Below are positions 8,701 through 20,728 of a stretch of DNA of 64,000 nt, piece after piece; the stretch's first letter is position 1, and the number at the start of each line of letters is the position of its first letter. This DNA comes from Schmidtea nova (Eukaryota). The stretch covers positions 2,108,001 to 2,172,000 of the forward strand of contig CM097884.1 of assembly GCA_044892505.1 (NCBI GenBank). Reading direction: 5' to 3'. Under the pieces are notes generated by a model, which had not been told where the DNA came from, searched no databases, and was given only the letters and a program-made list of their open reading frames with translations. A program made the position numbers and the translations under genes.

Positions 8701-10299
8701 AACAATTGCATTTGAATATCGTCCAGAAAAGTGCGCTTATATGCAATATCCTAAAATAGAAACTGTAAGCGAGATCTCTGTCAACCATATACTCATCAAA
8801 AAGATTGCAACAAATGAATTTTACCAATACTTGGGAGTACCAATAGGTGACAATAATGATCAAAGTCCCTATGAAATTGTTAGCAAAGTAATTGAAGACA
8901 CAAAGAAAATAGCAAATTCCGATCTTTACGGCTGGCAAAAACTTAAAGCGTATAAGGTCTTTCTGCACTCTCGTTTGATCTTTCCATTTAGAACTAGGGA
9001 AATCAAAACAAGTTCTTTGACTGATTCTAGTAAAAATTCAAAAATCAATGTAAATAATACGAGTATCTTGAGAAGTCAGTTTAGAAAAATATTGAACTTG
9101 CCACATTACTCTGAAATTAGCTATTTCTATAATTCTACTGAAATGGCGGTGCAGGTTGCATAGACTTACTTGACGAATATCATACACAGACGATTGTTTA
9201 CTTTTTCCGTCTCCTAACATCAACGTGCGAATATTCGAAAAAGATAAATACTGACTCGTTGTTATTTGTCACAAGACCTAGACTTGGAATCAAAGATCCA
9301 GTTCTTAAACAAAGTTTAGAATGGATAAATGGAAAGGATAGTAAGAAAAATCACAGCGGTTGCAAAACCCGATTTTATCGACTGCGATCATCTATTGCTT
9401 ACTTTGCAAAAGTCCACAACATTAAACTGTTATTCGAAACAGTCAAAAATAATCCTTCGATTCGAATAACCACTACACTTACAGGAACACGCATATTATT
9501 ACCGACATTAAGAAAAGCACTGTCAATGATTCTTCATTCAGCTCTTCAAGACTCATATCTTGAAAAATGGGAAAAAAGCAATCACAATAATCTGCTTATA
9601 TCTGCGATTAAACTTTGTCCACTTGTTAACAAACTTATTTTCCGCAGTGACTTGACTGAATTTGAATGGAGATTCGTCCATCGAGCTAGAACAAATACAC
9701 TTTCGACATTTGCAAAACCACATAAAACCGGTGAAAATCGTCTTTGTCGTAGATGTAAGGTTGAAGACGAAACTATCCTACACGTTCTTCAAACCTGTAA
9801 AATGAACAAATCTCTAGCAACTAATCGACATAACGCTTGCTTAGAAAAAATAAAAAACGAGTTGAAAAATCCAAACTTGTTAGTTGTTGCGGACCATAAA
9901 TGTTCCCTTGTACCAACATCATCTGAGCGCGTTGATTTAATAATAACCAATAATGAGAAAAAGACGATATTATTGGTAGACATGAAATGTCCAATTGATT
10001 CTTTGCCCAACTTTGACTTGGCTGATAAAATGAATATTGAAAAATATGAAAAACTGAGATCCGAAATTAAACTAGCCAAGCCCGATTATAAAGTTGAGTT
10101 GTTTACTTGCATCATAGGCTCTTTAGGTTCCATTGAAGTAAAGACTCCTGATCTTCTAGTTAAAATGGGCGTAAAAGAAAATAATGTTAAACGTCTGATG
10201 AAAGAGTGTGCAATAAGCAATATTGCGCACTCGGCCAAAATTTGGTTCTTTCACACCAATGGCTTTCTACCAGATGATACAAGACAAACGTGTAAATAA
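5690..10299 (+). pseudogene. E2 ORF2 (Ulp1-like protease x3, RT, CCHC, RLE) with a 1-bp deletion
   Basis: GAAAATGGC reduced to GAAATGGC at 9140-9147 splits the frame into 5690-9163 and 9259-10299. Confidence 0.88.
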
Positions 10300-10666
10300 A
10301 ATTTATAAACATACAAATAATTACTTTTTTTCCTTTAAAACTGTAAATAAAAATTAAAGTAAATATTTTGTAAAGTAATTTTAAATAAAAATTTTTTTTT
10401 TTTTCTCTAAATCTGATAAATTGTCTCTGAGAGTTGTTGGAGTAAGAGACCAAATTGTCTGCGATGCTTGTTATATAATTTAGACCTCTCAAATACTGAA
10501 AAAAGCAGTCGCAAAGCTGGATGACGAAATCCAAAGATACAGAAAAACTCCTGCAGATAGAACAATTATATATATATTTGTTATGTGATTGTTTGAGGAC
10601 TAATCCATGTTGATTAGATCATCTGTACAAAAATATTCAAATTTGTTATATTTAATAAATGTTTTA

Positions 10667-10720
10667 TATGATACTCGCTTAGGGTGCGAGTGGTCCCGGG
10701 TTCAAATCCCGGCTGAGCCC
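10667..10720 (+). pseudogene. trnP: 3' half of tRNA-Pro interrupted by E2
   Basis: tRNA nt 19-72 at the element 3' junction. Confidence 0.95.
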
Positions 10721-10898
10721 TTTATTTTTTACAAAACGATACAAATTTCAAATTCGACTTTCGACGAAATTATCATCGGTTATTTATCGAATGAATATCG
10801 GGAAAAAGAGAAAAGCGTAAAATTCAAAATATAAAGACAACAACATGAAGAATTGACGAGAATACAAGTTTAATCAAATACAAGGTTCGATTGAGTTT

Positions 10899-11138
10899 NN
10901 NNNNNNNNNNNNNNNNNNNNNNNNNNNNNNNNNNNNNNNNNNNNNNNNNNNNNNNNNNNNNNNNNNNNNNNNNNNNNNNNNNNNNNNNNNNNNNNNNNNN
11001 NNNNNNNNNNNNNNNNNNNNNNNNNNNNNNNNNNNNNNNNNNNNNNNNNNNNNNNNNNNNNNNNNNNNNNNNNNNNNNNNNNNNNNNNNNNNNNNNNNNN
11101 NNNNNNNNNNNNNNNNNNNNNNNNNNNNNNNNNNNNNN
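10899..11138. other. Assembly gap (240 N)
   Basis: N run. Only 69 bp of spacer would be missing if a single unit spans it, so the size fits no whole number of units and is probably an estimate. Confidence 0.99.
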
Positions 11139-11243
11139 ACATTTGTTGAATTGAATAATTGAAAAATCACGTGACAAAACATGAAATGGATGATGATTTA
11201 TTGAAAATAATTAATACGGTCAACTTTTGATGAATTGACATGA

Positions 11244-11315
11244 GGCTCAGTGGTCTAGGGGTATGATACTCGCTTAGGGTGCGAGTGGTCCCGGGTTCAA
11301 ATCCCGGCTGAGCCC
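11244..11315 (+). tRNA. trnP: tRNA-Pro(AGG), intact
   Basis: Identical 72-nt cloverleaf. Confidence 0.97.
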
Positions 11316-11658
11316 TTTATTTTTTACAAAACGATACAAATTTCAAATTCGACTTTCGACGAAATTATCATCGGTTATTTATCGAATGAATATCGGGAAA
11401 AAGAGAAAAGCGTAAAATTCAAAATATAATTTGAAGAATTGACGAGAATACAAGTTTAATCAAATACAAGGTTCGATTGAGTTTGTGATGAAAGAAAACG
11501 AAAATTGGGAAATGGGAATTAAGATTAAAAAAATCTATTACAACAAAAAGAGGACATTTGTTGAATTGAATAATTGAAAAATCACGTGACAAAACATGAA
11601 ATGGATGATGATTTATTGAAAATAATTAAGACGGTCAACTTTTGATGAATTGACATGA

Positions 11659-11679
11659 GGCTCAGTGGTCTAGGGGTAT
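11659..11679 (+). pseudogene. trnP: 5' half of tRNA-Pro interrupted by E3
   Basis: tRNA nt 1-21 followed by AATTTCGTAGG. Confidence 0.95.
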
Positions 11680-11759
11680 AATTTCGTAGGAAAAGAAAGA
11701 CTGATTGTGAATTTAAAATTATAGATTACTGAATTATTGAATTGCGAAAGATGAAAAAC

Positions 11760-14394
11760 ATGCCTCAATCACTTTCTGCTCTGTCAACTGCTGCTGATGT
11801 GTTGACTCAGTCTATTGAAAATCAGTCAACTGTGACGAAGCATTGTGCATTGGAAAACATTGTTAAATGTCAAATTTCCAACTTGCAATGTTTTCAGTCT
11901 TTTTTGGATAACTTTTTTCAATTGCATTGTGGAAATCGTTCTTCTGCATCAGTTCTTTCTGATGCTAATGCAAATCAAACGGAGTTCTTCCTTCGATCAA
12001 GGATCAAAAAATTCTCAAGGACAATCTGAGAACATGCCAATTTCTTATCCTGATATTGAGAATAAATTTCCTAACTCAAAGGATTTATTGATTGTCAAGC
12101 GCCTGGATTCATTGGAGGCTCTGTTTTTGAACATGGCTGAAAAGGTAGATTGTTTGGTTTCTTGTTTTAATGGCTCTGTTGACAGTTTGTCAGATTTTCC
12201 TAAAATAATTGAAAATAATTTAAATAATAATCTTTTTAATAAAAATAAAGTTCTTGATTTAAAAGATAATATAAATGTAAATAATATATGTTCTAATAAA
12301 TTAAATACTTTAGATTCTTCTGAAAATAATAGTGTAAATAAAACAAATATTTTATCAGATGTATATAATAATAAGTTCCTTAATTCGAATAGTAAATTTT
12401 CTAATAATTCTCCTGAAGATAAATTTAAAAATGTAAATATTTCAAGAGATAATGCTTCAATTGATTTAAATAACGCGAAAATTATTCCAACTAAAAAACC
12501 TAGAAATAATTATCAAAAATAATAAAAAATCCGTTAAAATCATTGAACCTAGTAAAACAAATAAAAAGAAAATTGATAAATTTGAATTTAAAAGCCTGGT
12601 TCGTATTTTAACGAAAAGAGAACGCCAGCAAATCTTGAGTGCTTTTCCTGCCTTGATCCAAATGATTAAAAAGAAGGAATCGCAAAATAAATATATTGAA
12701 ATCAATAAATTTCTTTCTCGTAAAGAATGTAATATTGAATGTAAATAATTTTGAATATTTCTTTTATAGGAATTTCAATATTTGTGTGTCCTTAAAATTG
12801 AATGAGGCTATTGTAATTTCATCAGCACCGAAACCCGTTGTTTCAAAAACTATTAAATTAATTGACCATAATATCGTCAAAATAGATTCTGAAATCGCTG
12901 ACTTTGTTCAAGCTCCAATGTCAATTCGAAAATTTCTATTCAATCTTTCGGATGATCTTTCAAACACTGTTTCCATTAAGGATGATAAACATAGGGGAAA
13001 TAAAATAAATAGCATTCTTACTTCGATGAAACAAAAACAACAACTGCCAGATTATTTAATAAAATCTAATATTAAATACGAAAATGGCGAGTTTTTATTA
13101 TTAGACTTAACTAACCAAGATGTCAAATTGAAAGACCATAATAATTTAATAAATTCGAGTTTTTCTGAACTTACTAGAAGTCAGATTAGGAATCTTTACA
13201 ATTCATATCCTTCTCTTAAGGAAGTTTGTTTCGTTGAAAATCTAGAAACAAGATCCTCATCAGTTAGTAAAATGATTGACTCTTTAAAAATTAATAATGA
13301 ATTTCCAAAAAATATAATTTATAAAGAGGGTAAATTTTATCAATCTGATAAAAAACTAATTTCTCCCAGTAGTTCTCCTGACATAATGTTCAACCTTGGT
13401 CTGTTTGATTTGGCTAGTATGAGTAAAAAAGATTGTGAGTTAAAATCCATCTTAGAGAAGACTGGTTGTGACTTTAAAATAGTTGAAATAATATTCTACC
13501 TCAACTATTTGGGTTTGACTCGATCTTTGGATTTTAGCAAAAATCAAATTTATTCTGATTATGTAAAGAATTACATCTGTAATTGCGGCTTAATAAACTC
13601 ACTCTGTAGTATTGCTGATGTTGATTCGCTTTCACCTGAGGATTTTGAGGGTTGGGCGACCGAAATTGTTCAGAAAATCCCAGTTTCTTCCTATTACTTC
13701 AATAGCTGTCAGGAAAAGCTTTTAAAGTTGAAACAATGGGACATTTCAACTAAAATCAAAAAAATCCATAACGTTATTTCACCTGAAATAATTTCTTATT
13801 TAAATAAATTTCTTGACTCTGTAGACGTAAAATTTCCAGCTAAATCTCAACAAAATAATATTTTAATTAAATTAATGAAAGCTGTCAATGACATTAAAAT
13901 TGTTGATGATATACACGGAAATAAAGCAAAAAGACTTGTTTACTTTTTGCTGAGAGACGCCAAGATATATTTGAATAAAAATCAACGATTTAGATTATTT
14001 GAATCGAGCAATAAATATTGCACTTCAGAAATGGAGAAATTAATTTTAGTGATAATTGAGAACCTCAACAAAGTTACTGACAATGAAATTATTACTCCTA
14101 CAAGTACAGTTGAAGAAAAGCCAATTGAAAAAATTTGTGATCCTGAACCTATTGTTTTGATTGAAGAAAAAAAGTTGCTTAAGATGCAACAATATCATTG
14201 ACAATTGCATTCTAGTTAGAGATGGAACAAACATCAACATCTGTGAAAGTTGCATATTTGATGCAATCTCTTCTGCGAAGCCGATTACCGAAGCTCCTCA
14301 TTCAGATATAGAAGAAGATATAGAAATAACTAGTAAGAAATCTTGTCCAAAAACCAGAAAAACAGACAAGAAAACATCAACAAAAGCGAAATGA
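11760..14394 (+). pseudogene. E3 ORF1 with multiple frameshifts
   Basis: +1 A near 11979, +1 near 12495, net -8 near 12735, +1 A near 14172; fragments 11742-12029, 11845-12522, 12696-14201, 14161-14394. Confidence 0.85.
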
Positions 14395-14400
14395 AGATGT

Positions 14401-17400
14401 GTGCCTGCATCAGCTCAATCTTCTGCGAATCCCTCTAATGAGACTGATGCAGAAAGCACATTAAAAAACAATCTTTCAAATATCGATGATCGTGATCCTG
14501 AAGTGTGGTTTTCTGATAATGATATTGATTCGTATCTAGAAAACCACATTGACAATTCAAAGCATGGATACATTAAATGCTTTATAGTAAATATAATCTG
14601 TTCTAACATCACAGAAGATATTGTTAAAATTCCACTTTCTATTACCAATGCTGAAATTGTGTTTTGTCCACTTAATATTAACAATTCGCACTGGATTCTT
14701 TTTGTTTATTGTAAGAAAATGCTGTCTTCTTACTTTATTGACCCAATCTTTGCGAACAAACAAAAGTCAATCAATAAACAAATGGCTCAAAGAATTAATC
14801 TAAAACTGAATACATTTTTCAATCTAAATGTATCAGTTTCCCGTCATCCACACAAACATCTTGAATATCAGAATAACAGCTTTGACTGTGGCCCATTTAC
14901 GTGTGCTTATGCTGTGATTATCAGTAAAGATTTGAACAGCTTTCCAAATGGGTTCATAGAGAAAATTCGTACCAGTGTGCATGAAAATCAAAATCGTATG
15001 CAAATAACCGAATCCACCTTATTTGCTGGTACTAATTCCAAGATGGACTTGACCAAAATAAATATCAAGAAAGCTCTTGCAAAAAAGAAAGTTATCACCA
15101 ACACCTCAGATATGACCAAAGTATTGAACACTCAAAAACCGTGTGTGTCATCAATAATTAGTAAATATTACGAAAGTAATTCTAAAATAACAGTATTATC
15201 TGCTGAACTAACTTTAAACCTAATTGCACAAAATACCTCCTTCATAGCTGATAATGTCACTTTCAAGCAGTTCAAAGGAATCGATCATGTTATAAGCATC
15301 ATTCCTAAATTTAACGATTGGTGTCTCTTTGTCTATTCGAATAAACTTGACAGGAGCTACATGTTCGACTTCAATTATCGAAACATTGATGAAAGGCTAA
15401 TTGAAATTGGTGAAAAGATAACTGAATATCTGAATCAATTCACTCTTGTTTCTAAAATAAAATTCACACCTCATCATAGAATTTCTCATCCAACATTTCA
15501 TTCTTATGATGATCAATATTTTGCAAGTTCTTTTATTGTATTTTTTGAGAAACTTGTCTTTGAAAGAATACTGGACAATGATAAGGTTTATGACTCATTA
15601 AGTGCTTTAAAATATCAGTCTTGTAAAGATCTTTCTCCTAGCCTAAGTTTCATTAATGGTAAAATATCCGACAAAATTATTGAGGAATATTTTGCTAGCC
15701 TAAACTTATCGACCAAATATATTCTTCTAAACACAACAATGTGTAGTGCACTTTCAGATGATTGCACTGAATACTTGAAAGACTTTGTAAACATTGAGTG
15801 CATGATGAAGGCCACTGTTATCTTTGTAATCATTTCTCCTCCAAGAGCCCACGACTTACTCATGGTTATTGATTACGACGCTGATGAGCACTATTTATTA
15901 AGCCCAGTCACTAATGACTTGTTCGTTATGACTGAAGGATTCTGCTATAAATTACTAATTAAAATTAATGAGATTAGAGAGAGCACAGGACGTGCTTTGA
16001 AATCGCGTAATTGTCGACATGACGTTAAAGGTTCTGGCTTATTTAGTAGGTTATTAATCTGTGCCTTTATTAAATATTATGCATTTGACCGATCTCTAGA
16101 AAATATCAACCTACATGAAATTGGCAAAATTATCTACTCACTTGTGCCATTAGTTGATAAAAATGATAATGCTGAGGAAGAAAGACGACTAAAATCAAAA
16201 GCTGTAAACTCTTTAAAACTAAATTTAAAACAGCGAATAGAAAAAGCGAATAATCTTATAATTTCACTTGAACACGCCAGTATTGATGAAATCATAAGTG
16301 GCATTCTTTCAAATATTCCTCGCCTTAAAGATTTGAACACCGAACACATTCGTACACCATATTTAGGTACTAAAATAGAAAAAGCTAGGAAATTCAAAAA
16401 TTCCACTGAATTTCTGTCAAACATGAAAAAGACTGTGTATAGGATTTTGGGTAACAACACAGAATCGATTGCACCTCCTTTCCAGGAAATTATTGACACT
16501 TTCAGTCATCCTGATACATTACCTAGAAATTGGGAAAACATCTTAAAGTTTACAAAAACTTCTAAAACTAGTCTTGAATTAAATCCAATGACACCTAAAG
16601 AAATCCTGTCAAGTCTTGGCAAAGCTGACAACACTTCTCCAGGTCTTGATAATGTCTGTTATAAAGATCTTTTGCTACTAGACCCTGAATGTAAATTGTT
16701 AACTTTTCTTTACAATAAAATCCTAAAATTAGATATTATTCCCACAAGTTGGAAATCATTTAAAACTATACTGATTCCAAAACCAGATAAAAATGGCCAA
16801 TATCATAAAATATCTTCTTGGCGACCAATTGCTTTATTATCTGTGATTTACAAAGTTTTCGCTTCAGTTTTGGCCAATCGCCTTAGTTTGTGGATAAGAA
16901 ATAATTCCATGTTACATATTGGCCAAAAGGGTGGTTCAGAATACGAAGGATGTATTGAACACAACTCTATCCTTTCTGCTATCGTCGAACACTCAAAATA
17001 TAGCACATCATCACCTTTAACGATAGCTTGGCTAGACATCAAAGATGCCTTTGGAAGTGTGCCACATGATTACATGTGGACACTATTAAAACACATAAAT
17101 GTTAGTGATAGGTTTGTGAGCATTTTAAAACTGCTGTATAGTGACACGAGCTCGTTCTATTGTTGCAATAAAATGCAGACACCAGACATTCCAATAAAGA
17201 AAGGTGTTAAACAAGGTTGTCCGATCTCAATGATATTGTTTGCAATAGCTATTAACCCAGTACTTGACGCTATTAATTTGTCAAACGTCAATCCTTTTAT
17301 GATAGGAACGTCTCCGGTACAGGTGTTGGCTTATGCGGATGATATCGCACTTATCGCGACTAATACCTCTGATCTTCAGAAACTCATAGACGTTGCTGTA

Positions 17401-19011
17401 AATACCGCCAAAACAATTGCATTTGAATATCGTCCAGAAAAGTGCGCTTATATGCAATATCCTAAAATAGAAACTGTAAGCGAGATCTCTGTCAACAATA
17501 TACTCATCAAAAAGATTGCAACAAATGAATTTTACCAATACTTGGGAGTACCAATAGGTGACAATAATGATCAAAGTCCCTATGAAATTGTTAGCAAAGT
17601 AATTGAAGACACAAAGAAAATAGCAAATTCTGATCTTTACGGCTGGCAAAAACTTAAAGCGTATAAGGTCTTTCTGCACTCTCGTTTGATCTTTCCATTT
17701 AGAACTAGGGAAATCAAAACAAGTTCTTTGACTGATTCAAGTAAAAATTCAAAAATCAATGTAAATAATACGAGTATCTTGAGAAGTCAGTTTAGAAAAA
17801 TATTGAACTTGCCACATTACTCTGAAATTAGCTATTTCTATAATTCTACTGAAAATGGCGGTGCAGGTTGCATAGACTTACTTGACGAATATCATACACA
17901 GACGATTGTTTACTTTTTCCGTCTCCTAACATCAACGTGCGAATATTCGAAAAAGATAAATACTGACTCGTTGTTATTTGTCACAAGACCTAGACTTGGA
18001 ATCAAAGATCCAGTTCTTAAACAAAGTTTAGAATGGATAAATGGAAAGGATAGTAAGAAAAATCACAGCGGTTGCAAAACCCGATTTTATCGACTGCGAT
18101 CATCTATTGCTTACTTTGCAAAAGTCCACAACATTAAACTGTTATTCGAAACAGTCAAAAATAATCCTTCGATTCGAATAACCACTACACTTACAGGAAC
18201 ACGCATATTATTACCGACATTAAGAAAAGCACTGTCAATGATTCTTCATTCAGCTCTTCAAGACTCATATCTTGAAAAATGGGAAAAAAGCAATCACAAT
18301 AATCTGCTTATATCTGCGATTAAACTTTGTCCACTTGTTAACAAACTTATTTTCCGCAGTGACTTGACTGAATTTGAATGGAGATTCGTCCATCGAGCTA
18401 GAACAAATACACTTTCGACATTTGCAAAACCACATAAAACCGGTGAAAATCGTCTTTGTCGTAGATGTAAGGTTGAAGACGAAACTATCCTACACGTTCT
18501 TCAAACCTGTAAAATGAACAAATCTCTAGCAACTAATCGACATAACGCTTGCTTAGAAAAAATAAAAAACGAGTTGAAAAATCCAAACTTGTTAGTTGTT
18601 GCGGACCATAAATGTTCTCTTGTACCAACATCATCTGAGCGCGTTGATTTAATAATAACCAATAATGAGAAAAAGACGATATTATTGGTAGACATGAAAT
18701 GTCCAATTGATTCTTTGCCCAACTTTGACTTGGCTGATAAAATGAATATTGAAAAATATGAAAAACTGAGATCCGAAATTAAACTAGCCAAGCCCGATTA
18801 TAAAGTTGAGTTGTTTACTTGCATCATAGGCTCTTTAGGTTCCATTGAAGTAAAGACTCCTGATCTTCTAGTTAAAATGGGCGTAAAAGAAAATAATGTT
18901 AAACGTCTGATGAAAGAGTGTGCAATAAGCAATATTGCGCACTCGGCCAAAATTTGGTTCTTTCACACCAATGGCTTTCTACCAGATGATACAAGACAAA
19001 CGTGTAAATAA
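14401..19011 (+). CDS. E3 ORF2, 1536 aa: Ulp1-like protease domains, reverse transcriptase, CCHC, RLE
   Basis: NSHW/FID/YQNNSFDCG triad; GVKQGCPIS, YADD and YLGV RT motifs; CCHC; RVD..VDMK. Confidence 0.93.
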   Translation: MPASAQSSANPSNETDAESTLKNNLSNIDDRDPEVWFSDNDIDSYLENHIDNSKHGYIKCFIVNIICSNITEDIVKIPLSITNAEIVFCPLNINNSHWILFVYCKKMLSSYFIDPIFANKQKSINKQMAQRINLKLNTFFNLNVSVSRHPHKHLEYQNNSFDCGPFTCAYAVIISKDLNSFPNGFIEKIRTSVHENQNRMQITESTLFAGTNSKMDLTKINIKKALAKKKVITNTSDMTKVLNTQKPCVSSIISKYYESNSKITVLSAELTLNLIAQNTSFIADNVTFKQFKGIDHVISIIPKFNDWCLFVYSNKLDRSYMFDFNYRNIDERLIEIGEKITEYLNQFTLVSKIKFTPHHRISHPTFHSYDDQYFASSFIVFFEKLVFERILDNDKVYDSLSALKYQSCKDLSPSLSFINGKISDKIIEEYFASLNLSTKYILLNTTMCSALSDDCTEYLKDFVNIECMMKATVIFVIISPPRAHDLLMVIDYDADEHYLLSPVTNDLFVMTEGFCYKLLIKINEIRESTGRALKSRNCRHDVKGSGLFSRLLICAFIKYYAFDRSLENINLHEIGKIIYSLVPLVDKNDNAEEERRLKSKAVNSLKLNLKQRIEKANNLIISLEHASIDEIISGILSNIPRLKDLNTEHIRTPYLGTKIEKARKFKNSTEFLSNMKKTVYRILGNNTESIAPPFQEIIDTFSHPDTLPRNWENILKFTKTSKTSLELNPMTPKEILSSLGKADNTSPGLDNVCYKDLLLLDPECKLLTFLYNKILKLDIIPTSWKSFKTILIPKPDKNGQYHKISSWRPIALLSVIYKVFASVLANRLSLWIRNNSMLHIGQKGGSEYEGCIEHNSILSAIVEHSKYSTSSPLTIAWLDIKDAFGSVPHDYMWTLLKHINVSDRFVSILKLLYSDTSSFYCCNKMQTPDIPIKKGVKQGCPISMILFAIAINPVLDAINLSNVNPFMIGTSPVQVLAYADDIALIATNTSDLQKLIDVAVNTAKTIAFEYRPEKCAYMQYPKIETVSEISVNNILIKKIATNEFYQYLGVPIGDNNDQSPYEIVSKVIEDTKKIANSDLYGWQKLKAYKVFLHSRLIFPFRTREIKTSSLTDSSKNSKINVNNTSILRSQFRKILNLPHYSEISYFYNSTENGGAGCIDLLDEYHTQTIVYFFRLLTSTCEYSKKINTDSLLFVTRPRLGIKDPVLKQSLEWINGKDSKKNHSGCKTRFYRLRSSIAYFAKVHNIKLLFETVKNNPSIRITTTLTGTRILLPTLRKALSMILHSALQDSYLEKWEKSNHNNLLISAIKLCPLVNKLIFRSDLTEFEWRFVHRARTNTLSTFAKPHKTGENRLCRRCKVEDETILHVLQTCKMNKSLATNRHNACLEKIKNELKNPNLLVVADHKCSLVPTSSERVDLIITNNEKKTILLVDMKCPIDSLPNFDLADKMNIEKYEKLRSEIKLAKPDYKVELFTCIIGSLGSIEVKTPDLLVKMGVKENNVKRLMKECAISNIAHSAKIWFFHTNGFLPDDTRQTCK

Positions 19012-19382
19012 AATTTATAAACATACAAATAATTACTTTTTTTTCCTTTAAAACTGTAAATAAAAATTAAAGTAAATATTTTGTAAAGTAATTTTAAATA
19101 AAATTTTTTTTTTTTTTTTTCTCTAAATCTGATAAATTGTCTCTGAGAGTTGTTGGAGTAAGAGACCAAATTGTCTGCGATGCTTGTTATATAATTTAGA
19201 CCTCTCAAATACTGAAGAAAGCAGTCGCAAAGCTGGATGACGAAATCCAAAGATACAGAAAAACTCCTGCAGATAGAACAATTATATATATATTTGTTAT
19301 GTGATTGTTTGAGGACTAATCCATGTTGATTAGATCATCTGTACAAAAATATTCAAATTTGTTATATTTAATAAATGTTTTA

Positions 19383-19436
19383 TATGATACTCGCTTAGGG
19401 TGCGAGTGGTCCCGGGTTCAAATCCCGGCTGAGCCC
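19383..19436 (+). pseudogene. trnP: 3' half of tRNA-Pro interrupted by E3
   Basis: tRNA nt 19-72. Confidence 0.95.
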
Positions 19437-19788
19437 TTTATTTTTTACAAAACGATACAAATTTCAAATTCGACTTTCGACGAAATTATCATCGGTTATT
19501 TATCGAATGAATATCGGGAAAAAGAGAAAAGCGTAAAATTCAAAATATAAAGACAACAACATGAAGAATTGACGAGAATACAAGTTTAATCAAATACAAG
19601 GTTCGATTGAGTTTGTGATGAAAGAAAACGAAAATTGGGAAATGGGAATTAAGATTAAAAAAATCTATTACAACAAAAAGAGGACATTTGTTGAATTGAA
19701 TAATTGAAAAATCACGTGACAAAACATGAAATGGATGATGATTTATTGAAAATAATTAATACGGTCAACTTTTGATGAATTGACATGA

Positions 19789-19860
19789 GGCTCAGTGGTC
19801 TAGGGGTATGATACTCGCTTAGGGTGCGAGTGGTCCCGGGTTCAAATCCCGGCTGAGCCC
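19789..19860 (+). tRNA. trnP: tRNA-Pro(AGG), intact
   Basis: Identical cloverleaf. Confidence 0.97.
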
Positions 19861-20203
19861 TTTATTTTTTACAAAACGATACAAATTTCAAATTCGACTT
19901 TCGACGAAATTATCATCGGTTATTTATCGAATGAATATCGGGAAAAAGAGAAAAGCGTAAAATTCAAAATATAATTTGAAGAATTGACGAGAATACAAGT
20001 TTAATCAAATACAAGGTTCGATTGAGTTTGTGATGAAAGAAAACGAAAATTGGGAAATGGGAATTAAGATTAAAAAAATCTATTACAACAAAAAGAGGAC
20101 ATTTGTTGAATTGAATAATTGAAAAATCACGTGACAAAACATGAAATGGATGATGATTTATTGAAAATAATTAAGACGGTCAACTTTTGATGAATTCACA
20201 TGA

Positions 20204-20275
20204 GGCTCAGTGGTCTAGGGGTATGATACTCGCTTAGGGTGCGAGTGGTCCCGGGTTCAAATCCCGGCTGAGCCC
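20204..20275 (+). tRNA. trnP: tRNA-Pro(AGG), intact
   Basis: Identical cloverleaf. Confidence 0.97.
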
Positions 20276-20627
20276 TTTATTTTTTACAAAACGATACAAA
20301 TTTCAAATTCGACTTTCGACGAAATTATCATCGGTTATTTATCGAATGAATATCGGGAAAAAGAGAAAAGCGTAAAATTCAAAATATAAAGACAACAACA
20401 TGAAGAATTGACGAGAATACAAGTTTAATCAAATACAAGGTTCGATTGAGTTTGTGATGAAAGAAAACGAAAATTGGGAAATGGGAATTAAGATTAAAAA
20501 AATCTATTACAACAAAAAGAGGACATTTGTTGAATTGAATAATTGAAAAATCACGTGACAAAACATGAAATGGATGATGATTTATTGAAAATAATTAAGA
20601 CGGTCAACTTTTGATGAATTGACATGA

Positions 20628-20648
20628 GGCTCAGTGGTCTAGGGGTAT
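20628..20648 (+). pseudogene. trnP: 5' half of tRNA-Pro interrupted by E4
   Basis: tRNA nt 1-21. Confidence 0.95.
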
Positions 20649-20728
20649 AATTTCGTAGGAAAAGAAAGACTGATTTTGAATTTAAAATTATAGATTACTG
20701 AATAATATAATTGCGAAAGATGAAAAAC

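Larger units (their letters stand above)
2964..10666 (+). mobile_element. E2: full-length site-specific RLE non-LTR retrotransposon (NeSL/R5-like), ORF2 frameshifted
   Basis: Flanked by tRNA-Pro halves with TAT on both sides; ORF1 plus Ulp1-RT-CCHC-RLE ORF2; no LTRs or TIRs. Confidence 0.95.
10667..11679 (+). repeat. tRNA-Pro array segment containing an assembly gap
   Basis: Spacer sequence on both sides of the N run. Confidence 0.9.
11680..19382 (+). mobile_element. E3: full-length element, ORF1 disrupted, ORF2 intact
   Basis: Same termini and organisation as E2. Confidence 0.95.
19383..20648 (+). repeat. tRNA-Pro array segment (copy of 1698-2963)
   Basis: Same variants in the same order; offset 17685. 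Confidence 0.97.

Noticed and set aside
816-8968. Numerous 60-130-aa antisense or overlapping ORFs within ORF1, ORF2 and the 3' UTR
   Set aside because: These are expected shadow ORFs of long coding frames, with variable ends between copies and no motifs
2964-10666. LTR retrotransposon, bacterial group II intron, retron or DGR interpretation
   Set aside because: The direct repeats flanking each element are host tRNA-array units, not LTRs. There is no integrase or RNase H, and the RT-CCHC-RLE order with a eukaryotic tRNA context indicates a non-LTR element
10824-11182. ORFs containing X residues
   Set aside because: They are artefacts of translating through the N gap
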